Assembly: GCA_964248365.1 (NCBI GenBank)
Contig: CAXTYC010000007.1
Location: 28,552 to 92,551, forward strand
Direction of reading: 5' to 3'
From: an uncultured Chroococcidiopsis sp.
GTDB taxonomy: Bacteria > Cyanobacteriota > Cyanobacteriia > Cyanobacteriales > Chroococcidiopsidaceae
DNA length: 64,000 nucleotides
Shown here: in pieces, positions 10,158 to 20,437 of the stretch
Position numbering within the stretch: the stretch's first letter is position 1
How the letters are laid out: each line of letters opens with the position of its first letter
Position numbers and translations under genes: made by a program
Notes under the pieces: model-generated
What the model saw: the letters and a program-made list of their open reading frames with translations, nothing else
The model's database searches: none
What the model was told of the DNA's origin: nothing

Positions 10158-10246
10158 CAGAAAACGTATGCAGATTTAAACAATTAAGTTGAAATACATT
10201 TTCATTACTTGAGTGGTGTTACACTAGCTGCAACTAGGTATAGCAT

Positions 10247-10828
10247 TTATTGCTGGTTCTTGGCTTCCTGTTCTAGCTGAAGCATTGCACCCCTAATTGC
10301 TTCCCGTAGCGAGTCCTCAAACGTCGTACCCTCGAAGGTCTGAAGTAAGATATCTCCCATTCGCTGCCCACCTGCTAGCTCTAGTGCAGTGCGATCAACA
10401 ATAAACTTTTGTTGCTCCCTTTGAGCAGCCGATGATCTAGCTTCGCGCATTAGACTTGGTAAGAATGCAAACAGCTTGAGGATTTCAGGGTCGAGTTTAT
10501 TCGGGGATGCTTGCCAAATTTGGGTTAGCTGCCTGATAAGTGAAAGTGCAATACCCTCAATGCTAGCTAACGAGCGATCGCCTTCTAACCCGTCGTAAGT
10601 TTCCGCAAGCTGATTGAGCATTTGAGCTTGCGCTCCTACTTCCTTATAGTCATTCCACCATTTATAAACAGCAGAAAGACAAACATCATGCCCTCTAGCA
10701 TTCAACCAGCGGTGCATCTGCGTCACGTCTGTGTTGAAACGAACGAGTTTGTCAAACTCGCGTCGTTCCCCCGCTGACATTTGGGAACGGAGCTTGTCTA
10801 CCCTGTGTTGTCGTTTACTCCTAGTCAA
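10247..10828 (-). CDS. DUF3486 / phage Mu gp27-like protein (possible small terminase-like)
   Basis: RVDKL...MHRWLNARGHDVCLSAVYKW N-terminal HTH pattern followed by a helical region; lies downstream of the replication genes. Confidence 0.5.
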   Translation of the reverse strand: MTRSKRQHRVDKLRSQMSAGERREFDKLVRFNTDVTQMHRWLNARGHDVCLSAVYKWWNDYKEVGAQAQMLNQLAETYDGLEGDRSLASIEGIALSLIRQLTQIWQASPNKLDPEILKLFAFLPSLMREARSSAAQREQQKFIVDRTALELAGGQRMGDILLQTFEGTTFEDSLREAIRGAMLQLEQEAKNQQ

Positions 10829-11031
10829 TGTACTAAATTCAGATGATTTTCCTTTTCAATTATGCTTTTAACTTTTTGAGGTAATTTTCTTCCTCCAATT
10901 TTTCTAGCTCAAGTAGTTTTCAACTTTTCAACCTAAAGTAGTTTGTAGTGTTTTTGTAGTATATCGTAAATTCCTGTCGAATTATCTCTGCCTATAAAAA
11001 AACCTTTTTGGGAGGCGATTTCACTACCAAA

Positions 11032-11217
11032 TTACCTGCGTTTTCGATTTCCTTTGTACCCTGCAACCAGCAACAGACCATCTCTGGCGGAGCGCATAAG
11101 CTTGACAGCGTATGGCTTTTGAGTGATTGAAGTTACCAGTTCATGGCATTGCCTAACTAGCTGTTGCCGTTCGTCAGAAACAGTTATGGTTTCAATCCCA
11201 TTAGAAGTATGATTCAT
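11032..11217 (-). CDS. Small hypothetical protein
   Basis: 61-aa ORF starting 2 bp after the helicase stop codon. Confidence 0.6.
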   Translation of the reverse strand: MNHTSNGIETITVSDERQQLVRQCHELVTSITQKPYAVKLMRSARDGLLLVAGYKGNRKRR

Positions 11218-11219
11218 AG

Positions 11220-14200
11220 TTATTTTGACTGCTGCCAGTGCTTTAGCTCCCGTAGTGGAATGCGATAACCGTAATCACCTGCTACCCAACGAACAGTTGC
11301 TGTCCCGTCGCTGTTGATGGATTGGATTTTTCCAACCCATCCCGTATTACCTCGTTTACTTACCTCCGTGCCGACTTCAAAGCTTGCATTTGTTGATAAT
11401 GCGGGAGCATCCCAATCAACCTGCTTTAATCCGCTGTTAGATGCGGGTTGAGAGTTTGAAGGTTTTCCGCTCGAAAATGCTGACCCGCTCGAAAATGTTG
11501 ACCCTAATGTTGACCCCTGGTCAACACGCTCAAAGCTTTGCGGTGCGGAAGCTTCATCTAAAATGTTGACCTGTTGACTTTGTTGACTCCTAGATAAAGT
11601 ATCCGTTTGGTCTGGTTCTACCTCCGCTAGGGACGAATTATCCGGCAGCTGCTCCTCGACTACCTGTTTTTGCTCTTGTCCCAAAAGGTGGTCAACATGG
11701 TCAGCATGGTCAACATTTTGGTCAACAATCGGCTGGGATAACCTATTATCAACAGTTTTAGCAACAAATGGTGAGGTCAACATTTGGTCAGCATTTTGGT
11801 CAACACGGTCAACCCAGTCAACATTTTGGTCAACAATTTGAGGAACTAGGGTTTTGCCTTCCAACTTGGCATATCCCATTGCTTCCAGTTCCCTAAAGAA
11901 TTCCAAAATCTTATCCGTTTTGACGTTTCTAAGAGCTTTGATGGAAGCTTTTGCTTTCCGAGTTGGGAGTTCCCCTAGTTGCTGTAGTTTTTCTAGAATT
12001 TTGTTAAGTAGCGGGGTAAGTTCCCCTTGTGCTGCTTCTGCATCCGAATGAATTAGCAACACTTGGCCAAGGTAAAACTCACTTAAGCTTCGTGCTGCTT
12101 TAACTTGCTTAAGAGGGATGTAGGAAGAAGGGATTTCACCAGCTACTACACTCCAGAGAACGTGAAGAATACCTGCTAAACGTGCAGTGTACCCTTGCAT
12201 TTTAGCGATTGCTGCTCTCATACCTTGGCGTGGTTCGGCAAGCTTGCGCTGTTCTAGCGTCCAATGCCAATCTTGGTAGTAACAATCAGCCTCAGGGGCA
12301 AAGCGATATTGAATCGGAGGTAAATTATTTAGCTTGAGATAGATAGCATCTAGTAGTTCCTCTATCTCAAATTTTTTTGTGTCGTCGTCGGGGAGGCGAA
12401 ATGCTTTTAAGGGTGCATGATACCAAAGGAACCGCCCCCATTGTCCCTGCTCATCCTCTAGATCGCCCAGCAAGCTGCGAAGCTTTCCAGGTTGAATCGC
12501 TCCAACGATTGAGCTTGCATCGTGGGATAGTGAGAGGCGAGTACCGCTAGCACGATTTTTTTTGACTCCATTGCCGTTCCAACCACTTAAAATGCCTTCT
12601 CGGTCTGCACCTCGTCCACCTTTATACGCACCATAAGAAGCAAACAACCCTGAAAGCTCATCTTTACAAATCAATATGCCCTGTTGCGGTTGTTGAGCTT
12701 TAATGTTGTCTAATGCTTCGCTAGTGGCATTGTCTACAAAGTATTCGCGTGGTGGTAGGGGAGGTTCTGGCTGCTCGTCTTTATCCTTGGATTTATCCTT
12801 TTTCCATGCTGCCAAATCTTCCTTATACTGCTGTTGCGCTTCCTCGTAGTGTATGTCTTCTTCGCTTTGAAGCTTCCGCAAACTTTTTAGAATTGCGTTG
12901 AATGTCGGTGATTTTCGGTTTCCTGACTCCGAAGATATGCCAGTGTAAAATACCAACGGTTCTACAAAATTGCTACATTCTCTAACGATTACTCGCGTTT
13001 CTGGGTGCAGCAAGCTAGCAGCCGTAGGAAGCAACACCGTCAGCAGTGCTTCGACATCTACCCCCATCCAAGTGGATAGGCGTTCCAAGGGTTGCGCTAA
13101 GTAAGGATGCAGATAACGCGAGAGAGTAAGACGGCGATCGCCTATTGATAGCAACCGATTTAATTCTTCTGCTCTTTCAGTTCGCCCTTCGATTAAATCG
13201 ATTTCGGATTCGATCGCTTCTGCTAACTGCTCCACTTCGCGCAGTTGCCTCCCAGTTGACCTTGCTAGTTCTAAGAATGCTGCCTTGCGTTCGGATGCTA
13301 CATGGTTGCGATTCAGGATTTCCAGCACTCTGTCTCGCAAACTTACAGATGAAATAGAGGGGGTGTTATTAGAGCTGGAGCGCTTGTCTTTACTGTTGGT
13401 AGTAGGAGTAGGAATGCGATCGCGTTTCAGCAGATTTAGTTTAACGTGGTTATGCAGTACCAAACTTTGATACAATTTGCTACACCATCTTCTTTGCAGC
13501 TAGGAGTAGGAAGATCTGCTTCTGCTGACTTCCAAATGCTTTTCCATTCGGGTTCTGCCCATCCCTTACCTGATGGGCAACGATGGCAGTAATCCAAGAA
13601 TAATCGCCAAGGATCGCCATCGAAACGCTGCCCTATGCTTTGAAGATAACTAGTAGTACCAATGAGATCGGCGGCTAGTTTATACCCGTTGTTACTTCGC
13701 GCTCCTTCACCTACACCGGATTGAAGCAAACAGCGAGAGTCTTTAGAAAGGCACAATTCCAGCGGTACCGACTCAGGCACGGGAACTCTAATATTTTCGT
13801 ATTGAGATAACAGCCGATCAGATGTTTGCTGAAATGGGGTTGACTGTTGCTCTAGCAAGGTGGGCTGTTCTATCTGGGGTTGCTGTTGCTTTCTAATTTC
13901 CCTAAGCTTTTCAAGTAATTGCTCAGGTGAGTACTTTTTGCCAGATTTTTGCACAAACTTCGATTGCACTGGTTCGCGCCCTGGTTTAATATGCCAACCC
14001 CCAGCCAGCCGGAACACTCTTGATGGATTTTTATTAGCTGAGTCTGCCCCCATTATTTCAATTAGTAGCTGCTGTAATTCGCGCCACTGTTCTACATCCT
14101 CTAAAGGAGTGTCAAAAATCCAATAGGAATGGGCGGACTTTCCGCCGCTATATATCGTGAAAGTTGGTTCTAGGAATCCTACTGTCTTCCACTGCTGCAG

Positions 14201-14515
14201 CTGTTCTTCCACTGGGCGGTCGTCCCACTCGCAGAAAATGGCAACACATTGTTTAATATCCTTGTCTTCGTGACCTCCACCAGCACCGTTAACGACTACA
14301 TACATGCCGCGTCCATCTTGCTGGAGAGCTTCTGCGTTCTGCCAAAACATGTTTGCAAGTTTTCGCCCCTTATCGTCGTTTTTCCGGGGATCTTCAGAGG
14401 GGTAGAAGAACCGCAAGTAGGCCTGATCGGACTTGTAACCTAAATAGTCCAGATGTCGCCGTGCCTGTTCCCGATCAATTTTTAAAGGATGGGACGTGAA
14501 TTTGTTAGCGTACAT
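11220..14515 (-). pseudogene. RepB-type primase fused to a DUF3987 helicase-like domain, split by a 1-nt frameshift at ~13455
   Basis: Primase motifs AIFCEWDD, SGGKSAHSYW and NPSRVFRLAG in 13436-14515; SESGNRKSP Walker A, DELSGLF and GAIQP in 11220-13475. Adding one base gives W-Y-W-H-N-H-V-K across the junction. Confidence 0.8.
11478..11835. repeat. Iteron-like array TGTTGACC/GGTCAACA (~17 copies); putative replication origin inside the helicase 3' end
   Basis: Left cluster (11478-11588) is mostly TGTTGAC; right cluster (11690-11835) is the inverse GGTCA(A/G)CA at 9-12-bp spacing. Confidence 0.75.
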
Positions 14516-14814
14516 CAGCGCTGCCCTCCCTCTATGTTAGATTCCATCCACATTTCAAAAGCTTTTTGAAACGTTCCGGTGGGTATCCCGTGGAAACGTG
14601 CTGCCCAATTGAGAGCCAAAAGGCGACGATGCGGTAATTTATGTTGAGACGCGATCGCGCTGAAGCTTTCCTCGACTCGATTGAACTGAGAACCTAATTC
14701 CGGAAGGCGTTGCAGGGTCTGATTGGATGTAGCAGGGATAAAATCAGAATCAGAAGGTTTTTCTTGAGGGTGATCGTTGCCCCCGCAGCGATCGCTTTCA
14801 TTTTTGCTGTTCAT
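14515..14814 (-). CDS. Hypothetical protein (element A replication operon)
   Basis: Overlaps both neighbours by 1 bp (TGATG junctions), indicating translational coupling. Confidence 0.7.
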   Translation of the reverse strand: MNSKNESDRCGGNDHPQEKPSDSDFIPATSNQTLQRLPELGSQFNRVEESFSAIASQHKLPHRRLLALNWAARFHGIPTGTFQKAFEMWMESNIEGGQR

Positions 14815-15083
14815 CAGCCAGCCCTCCGACCGCGTGCTTTAGGCTGGTTGGATGCTAAAGAAGCCAGATAGCGTTCAACATCTTGCTGGTGAACCCCAGG
14901 GCTGCTTCTGTGCTGAATCCAAGAGTGGAGAAGTTCCAGATTGTACCTGATTGAGCGGGAATTTAACCTAACCCAGTGAATTCCTTCAATTAGTTCCCCG
15001 CATAATCGGTACTTTTTTAGCGTTTCATGGCTGTAACCAGTTAGCTGTTCAGCCTGTCGCTTGTTTATAAACTGATTAGTCAT
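14814..15083 (-). CDS. Excisionase/AlpA-like HTH DNA-binding protein
   Basis: 89 aa; INKRQAEQLTGYSHETLKKYR HTH plus EGIHWVR...IRYNLELL wing; first gene of the replication operon. Confidence 0.75.
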   Translation of the reverse strand: MTNQFINKRQAEQLTGYSHETLKKYRLCGELIEGIHWVRLNSRSIRYNLELLHSWIQHRSSPGVHQQDVERYLASLASNQPKARGRRAG

Positions 15084-15169
15084 CTTAAGTACCTAACTTT
15101 ATGGATAGGTATCTGTAGATTGACAAAAAGGCAGGCTGATTTGGGTTTTCGCACCGATGTTAAGAGATA

Positions 15170-16063
15170 TTAAGACTTATATGTGCCTCCTTCTTTTTGA
15201 TTTTCTTGCTTTTGACCCCTGCAATACGCATGACCTTTCATTTGCCGAAAACTACTCTGAATGAGAGCATTTAGCAAATTTTTTTGACACTCATATTCAT
15301 TTATTTTATGCTTTAGATTCTTGTTGTTTGTCAGGCTTTCAGCTATTTTGCAAGCTTTAACACAAGAAAGTTCCAACCTTGCAAACTCCTTAAAGGGAAA
15401 GAAATCCTTTAAGGCTTCATTCGCATAAACATCAATAATATTTTTTCCACTATGCCTTTGACGTTTTTTAGGCTTAAGAGGCTTTCCCTTGCTAGTTTCA
15501 ATCCGATCAATTGGGCATCCTTCATCAATAGCTTGAGTAATTATTTTCTTCATCCGGTAGAGATCGTATCGATGCCTGGGTCTAAACTCGTGGTTGATGA
15601 AGCTCACATGCACTTGCGCGTTTGCATCATTGGCAAGGATGAAAAATAATACGAGTCCAGGAGAATCAAATTCAAAGAAGGCTCCAGCACCTTCAAATAC
15701 ACGAATAATGTCATCCCAGCCTTCTTGAAGCAGCGCATACAGAGCAAGATAAAAATCTCGCAACTGGGCAATCAATTTTCTATCTCCGGGTTGCTCCCTT
15801 ATGAATTTCCTTAATTCAGCGCTTAATAATTCTTTCGGTTTTTGACTTAACAAATGTAGTGTATTTGGTTGTCCTGAAAAGTAGGCTTTTAGTTGTGAGA
15901 AGTAAGCTTTGAGTTCCTGCCGTAACATCTGAAACAGTGTCTTCACCTTTTCCCAAAGCTCAAGCTGGACATCTGTACCATGTTGTAACCAGGAGGGAGG
16001 AGGATGATGATCGAGTACCGCGAGAATTAGCTGCTGTTCAGCTTCAGGAATCTTTAGTATCAT
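15170..16063 (-). CDS. Hypothetical protein downstream of the integrase
   Basis: ~300-aa ORF with no recognised motif; start codon uncertain (16063 or 16090). Confidence 0.65.
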   Translation of the reverse strand: MILKIPEAEQQLILAVLDHHPPPSWLQHGTDVQLELWEKVKTLFQMLRQELKAYFSQLKAYFSGQPNTLHLLSQKPKELLSAELRKFIREQPGDRKLIAQLRDFYLALYALLQEGWDDIIRVFEGAGAFFEFDSPGLVLFFILANDANAQVHVSFINHEFRPRHRYDLYRMKKIITQAIDEGCPIDRIETSKGKPLKPKKRQRHSGKNIIDVYANEALKDFFPFKEFARLELSCVKACKIAESLTNNKNLKHKINEYECQKNLLNALIQSSFRQMKGHAYCRGQKQENQKEGGTYKS

Positions 16064-16160
16064 CTCGTTACCTGTAAAACTCAGGTACAAAAAAGTTCTT
16101 GCTTATTTCCCGCATATTGACAGTAAATCACCTCTGGCGAGTTACCTAAAGCTTAGGCAA

Positions 16161-17366
16161 CTAAAGCTCAGGAACCTGCAAGTCTCGTTTATTTCCCGCA
16201 TAGTGTCGGTAGATAATTTCTGGACTATTTCCAACCCATTTAGCGACATCTTTTGCGTCAATATCAGCTTCAAGGCAAAGCGTGATGAAGGTGTGTCTGG
16301 TTTGGTATGGCTTCCGATACTTGCTTACTTTGCCCTCTCTGACTAACTGAGTAACAATTCCTTCAATCATCCTTCCATGTCTGTTTTTGTAACCTTTCCA
16401 AGCATGATTAAGGAAATCTCCTGTATCAATAAATCCGCCTTCTTTGGATTTGAATACAAACTCGTCGGGGTTAGGGGTTTTAGGTCTAACAGATTCTAAT
16501 ATCTGTCTGACCCGATCATTTATGGGAAACTTTCGCTTTCTCTGCGTTTTCAGTCCATCCTTGAGGACTAACCCTTTACCACCTGCTACTACAGCCTGCT
16601 CAAAGGTGATAAATCTGTCGTCAATATGTTTCCATTGAAGAGCTATTGCTTCAGATGGTCTACAGCCAGTGAAAAAGCAGAACTTTACATATGGGGCATA
16701 GTACGCATAGTATTTGCTGTTTTCAAAGGCTTCGATAATGACATCTCTTTCCTCCCTACTAAATGGGTTGATATCGCTCTCTTCAGACTCTGACTTAGGT
16801 AGCTTTACCTTTTCAGCCATTCCTGCGAAGGGATTGGCTTTAATTAACCCGGAATCTACAGCCCAATTACAGCAAGCCGAAATGTTTGTAAGAGTTCTTT
16901 TAGCAGCATTCGGGCTTAATTTTGCTACTAGGTGATCCCTGATTTGAGGGGCATTATCTAGGGACTGGGTAGGTAAATTAGCAATATGATTGCGGTATTT
17001 TCTGTAATCCAGCTTAAAGGTAGAGGGGCTTACCTGTGGTTTCTTGAACTCCGTGTATTGCTCCCACAACTCGGATAGCGAGCGCTCTGGGGTAGGAGTT
17101 GGGGTAAAAATTGGGGTAACGATACTCAGTGCCGACTGTGGCTTATACTTCGCTAGGGTAGGATCGAGTCTGTCGTATGTGATGTCTGACTCGATCAATT
17201 TAGCCTTAGCCTCCGCTGCTTTGCGGTTCACTTTATTATCGGGCAACCCTAACGAGAGATAGTGCCGCTTCCCACCATGAGAGAACACTAGCTGTAATCG
17301 CCCATTAGAAATTTTAATTTGAACAGAACCTTTAGAGGCTTTATGCTGCGTGCTTTGTGAATACAT
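16161..17366 (-). CDS. Tyrosine integrase with N-terminal arm-binding domain (element A)
   Basis: GRLQLVFSHGGKRHYLSLGL arm domain; TGCRPSE, PYQTRHTF, GNSPE and RHY catalytic motifs; adjacent to the tRNA att site. Confidence 0.95.
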   Translation of the reverse strand: MYSQSTQHKASKGSVQIKISNGRLQLVFSHGGKRHYLSLGLPDNKVNRKAAEAKAKLIESDITYDRLDPTLAKYKPQSALSIVTPIFTPTPTPERSLSELWEQYTEFKKPQVSPSTFKLDYRKYRNHIANLPTQSLDNAPQIRDHLVAKLSPNAAKRTLTNISACCNWAVDSGLIKANPFAGMAEKVKLPKSESEESDINPFSREERDVIIEAFENSKYYAYYAPYVKFCFFTGCRPSEAIALQWKHIDDRFITFEQAVVAGGKGLVLKDGLKTQRKRKFPINDRVRQILESVRPKTPNPDEFVFKSKEGGFIDTGDFLNHAWKGYKNRHGRMIEGIVTQLVREGKVSKYRKPYQTRHTFITLCLEADIDAKDVAKWVGNSPEIIYRHYAGNKRDLQVPEL

Positions 17367-17386
17367 TAGGTATAGTTAGATATTTT

Positions 17387-17470
17387 ATTGGGGTAATCAC
17401 CTCTACTATACTCTGCTTTACCCCAATCTTACCCCAATTTTTTACCCCAAAATACCCTAAAAATACCTAA
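17387..17470. promoter_or_regulatory. Putative arm-type site cluster (TTACCCCAA x3, one inverted copy, degenerate copies)
   Basis: TTTACCCCAATCTTACCCCAATTTTTTACCCCAAAATACCCTAA lies between the integrase start and the tRNA. Confidence 0.65.
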
Positions 17471-17474
17471 GCTT

Positions 17475-17488
17475 AGTACATATGTTCT
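17475..17488. promoter_or_regulatory. Putative LexA (SOS) box upstream of the integrase
   Basis: AGTACATATGTTCT matches the cyanobacterial LexA consensus RGTACNNNDGTWCB exactly, ~110 bp upstream of the integrase ATG. Confidence 0.7.
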
Positions 17489-17555
17489 AATAACACATCA
17501 TAAAGGAATCGCTAGAAACCCTTGAAACACATACTAAAGGATTGATTTATCTTAA

Positions 17556-17627
<72 letters not shown>

Positions 17628-17642
17628 GCACTTAAGTATTCT

Positions 17643-17651
17643 ATTATATCA
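17643..17651 (-). promoter_or_regulatory. Extended -10 promoter (TGnTATAAT) of tRNA-Cys
   Basis: TGATATAAT lies 15 nt upstream of the mature tRNA 5' end; an identical copy is at 19591-19599. Confidence 0.7.
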
Positions 17652-17671
17652 GTCACCCTTGGGCATCCTAG

Positions 17672-17884
17672 AGGAGCCATTTAGGAGCCAAAGCCTGGTT
17701 TCTCAGTAGAGACATAAGCAGAAATACTTATGGAAACCCAGTCTGAACTAGGGTTTAACCTGCAATCAGCTTAAACTAGTATAACATGACAGCTCAGATT
17801 ATCAGCTTGAAGCTGTTCAGTTTCGATTTATTAACATAGGTTGACAAATCTCCTAACTTCTGCTTTGGCTCCTAAATGGCTCCT
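17672..17884. repeat. 22-bp perfect inverted repeat AGGAGCCATTTAGGAGCCAAAG (17672-17693 / 17863-17884); putative arm sites of integrase B
   Basis: Direct reverse-complement comparison; four further AGGAGCCA copies at ~19372, 19389, 19450 and 19477. Confidence 0.75.
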
Positions 17885-18039
17885 GACTAGTCAACCTTCA
17901 GCCTAAAACCTTCAACCTTCAACCTTCAACCCACTATTGACCATCAATACACAGTCTAAAGGTACTATTATAACCCCAGCTACTGCCAAAGCCTCTATTA
18001 GTACCTCAATCTTTCGAGGATAATACCCTTGAGCGCACA

Positions 18040-18088
18040 AAAGAACACCCGCTGTGTAAGTACTTAGACTAATCGGCGGGTGTTCTTT
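18040..18088 (-). terminator. Hairpin terminator downstream of integrase B
   Basis: AAAGAACACCCGC...GCGGGTGTTCTTT inverted repeat. Confidence 0.55.
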
Positions 18089-18133
18089 ATGATTTAGTAG
18101 ATTCTAGATTCTGCAAAGTTGGGAGCCTATCAC

Positions 18134-19328
18134 TTAGACTACTGGAACTTCCATCTTGAGTAATCCACCTGCATAGTGCCTCAAGATCACCTCTGGGCTG
18201 TTGCCTACTAGCTTAGCAACTTGAGGCACTGTAACCCCCGCATCTATTGCCATAGTTACAAAGGTATGCCTAGTTGTATAGGGGCATCTGTAAGAGGCTA
18301 CAATACCTTCCTTGACTAGCTGAGGTAGTATACCCTTGTAAACTTTATTACCAGCCTTACAGCCCTTCCAGACCTGGTTTGTAAACTTAGAGTTGTTGAT
18401 AGGCAACCCTGTAGGAGACTTAAAGACTAGATCTTCTAACTGGCAGTTATCAGGTTTGATTGATAGCAGCAAATCTTTTAGGACTGGGTTACAGGGAAAC
18501 TTCCTGATCTTACCAGTCTTGGTAGACTTCCTGATCTTCATTCCAGAGTCATAGGAGTCAGAGAAAGTTATCAGGGAACAGTCTTTAGTATATATGCTTC
18601 CACTGTAGGGCGATCGCTTCACCAGTCCTACAACCAGTCAAGAACATGAACCTAACAAAGGGGTAATAGTGCCTATGATTCGGGTGTTCTTGAAAAGCTT
18701 TCAAGATGGCATCTCTTTCAGATACACTGAAGGGATCTATTAAATCACTCTCCTGTTTATTCTTAAGTTTTATCTCTACTGCCATACCTACAAAGGGGTT
18801 GTCTTTGAGCATTCCTGACTTGACAGCCCAATCACAACAGGCAGAGAACCTAGTTAATATCCTCTTGGTAGTGTCTGTTGAGGTTGTAGCTAACAGATAA
18901 TCCCTAATAACTACTGCTTGATCTAAGTCCCTCGTTGGCAGTTTCTGTATATGATTAGTAAACTTTAATAGATATTCTTTCTTAAAGGTTGTAGCGGCAA
19001 CTTGAGACTTCCTGTAATCACAGTACAGCTTCCATAGTTCCTCCAAATCAGCAGCCTTAGCGGTTCTTACAATAGTTAGTTTAGGTCTAAACTGCTGAGT
19101 GTATCTCTCCAGAGTTGGGTCTAGCTGTCCAGTCCTGATGTCATCCTCAATCTGCCATGCTATAGTCTGGACTTTCTTTAGGTTTTCAGAGATTGCATCA
19201 AGCTTTGTATAAATATATCTTGGGCTGTCTTGGGCTATGGCTCTTGGTAGTCTTATCCTCTACTTGCCTTGTTTCTCCTCTATGGCTACAGTCCCTCTGA
19301 CTGCTTTAGGTTTCTCTTGGGTTTGCAT
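18134..19328 (-). pseudogene. Tyrosine integrase B, inactivated
   Basis: ATG at 19328 gives MQTQEKPKAVRGTVAIEEKQGK*RIRLP (in-frame TAG at 19260-19262), continuing in frame to TGCRTGE; frameshift at ~18590; then PYTTRHTF, GNSPE and RHY. Confidence 0.9.
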
Positions 19329-19535
19329 TTAGTTCCTGGGTTGTTATCTTATAAAATAGGATAAAGGTGTCAGGAGCCAAGTGTCGAGAGGAGCCACCAT
19401 ATTCTATTTAATAGAGGGTCAAACTATAACCCCTAGCCTTCTGCCAACCAGGAGCCAACCAAGAGCAATCCATCTTAGGAGCCAACAACTAAACCCCCAG
19501 AAAGGTTAGGATTTCGGGGGTTGATCTGGGTTATT

Positions 19536-19599
19536 AGGTTTTGCCACCTCTGCCTTACCACTTGGCTATGTCGCCGCACTTAGGTATTGTATTATATCA
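19536..19599 (-). repeat. Displaced 5' half of tRNA-Cys plus promoter; distal att site of element B
   Basis: GGCGACATAGCCAAGTGGTAAGGCAGAGGT-GGCAAAACCT; anticodon loop damaged (CT changed to G) and no T-arm follows. Confidence 0.93.
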
Positions 19600-19715
19600 A
19601 AATTATAGACTCAATTGTATCATCTGCATATAGTGCGTTAGGCGTTGATGATGCCGTACACGATGACGGTATATACTTTATTGTACGCCGTAACGCACTT
19701 TACCAATTTTACCGA

Positions 19716-20312
19716 TCAGGCTTTAACCTCATCTGCAAAACTATTCCAGCGGACAAAGTGAAATGGTCCTGCGACTGAACCCCAGACGTGTTCATCAGTT
19801 TGGGGATCTCGCCCTCGGTCAAGGCTGATAAATTTATCCTCGTCAATCTCAAATTCACTATCAAGATAAGTGTTTCTGCCTTTACGTACAACCATACAGC
19901 CTTTACCTGGTTGAACTTTGCCTTTAAAGCTGTGTCCCGTCCACTCTACAATCATGTTGCAGCCTGGTAACTTCTCTAAGCGGTCAGATGTTAAAGTGTG
20001 AAGACGCTCAATTTGACGGGAAGCACCATAAAACTGTTCTTCTTGCTTGATGGTGTAGTTTTCGATTTCGATGCCCGAACCTGCGTTAATTAAATTCAGC
20101 ACCCGTACCCGATAGGGGTTATTCAGCATATAGTCATAAGCTTGTTCTACATAAAAGCTGACTCCTGATAATAATTCTGGAGCAAGAGGACGCATACAGA
20201 CGCGAATGTGTGCAAAAAAGGGTGGATTCTCAAAGGCTTGTTCTTGGTTGCTGAAATCCGCAGCCATCCAGCGAGCTAACGTTACGATATCCGTAGAATG
20301 AGTCATTATCAA
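19716..20312 (-). CDS. cpcT: CpcT/CpeT-family phycobiliprotein chromophore lyase
   Basis: LARWMAADFSNQEQAFENPPFFAHIRVCMRP; EQAYDY...PYR; SLDRGRDP...WGS. Confidence 0.92.
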   Translation of the reverse strand: MIMTHSTDIVTLARWMAADFSNQEQAFENPPFFAHIRVCMRPLAPELLSGVSFYVEQAYDYMLNNPYRVRVLNLINAGSGIEIENYTIKQEEQFYGASRQIERLHTLTSDRLEKLPGCNMIVEWTGHSFKGKVQPGKGCMVVRKGRNTYLDSEFEIDEDKFISLDRGRDPQTDEHVWGSVAGPFHFVRWNSFADEVKA

Positions 20313-20376
20313 AAAACTTATGAAAATCAGTTGCTTTCATACAACCTGGAATTATTTTAAAACTTCCTGACCAAAA

Positions 20377-20437
20377 CAGTTATCAGTTATCAGTTACCAG
20401 TTACCAGACGCGCAGTTATCAGTTATCAGTTATCAGT
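20377..20437. repeat. STRR-type heptamer tandem repeat (CAGTTA(T/C))n
   Basis: Visible tandem heptamers. Similar arrays occur at ~24856, 29455, 30725-30840, 39000-39115, 44128-44330, 52253-52352 and 59290-59420. Confidence 0.85.

Noticed and set aside
11478..11835. CRISPR-like short repeats
   Set aside because: Octamers in both orientations at 9-12-bp spacing, with no spacer structure.
13436..13475. Programmed ribosomal frameshift in the primase-helicase
   Set aside because: No X XXY YYZ slippery heptamer is visible at the junction; a single-base deletion explains it and other island genes are also broken.
16084..16099. Second LexA box (GGTACAAAAAAGTTC)
   Set aside because: Spacer is 6 bp rather than the consensus 4 bp.
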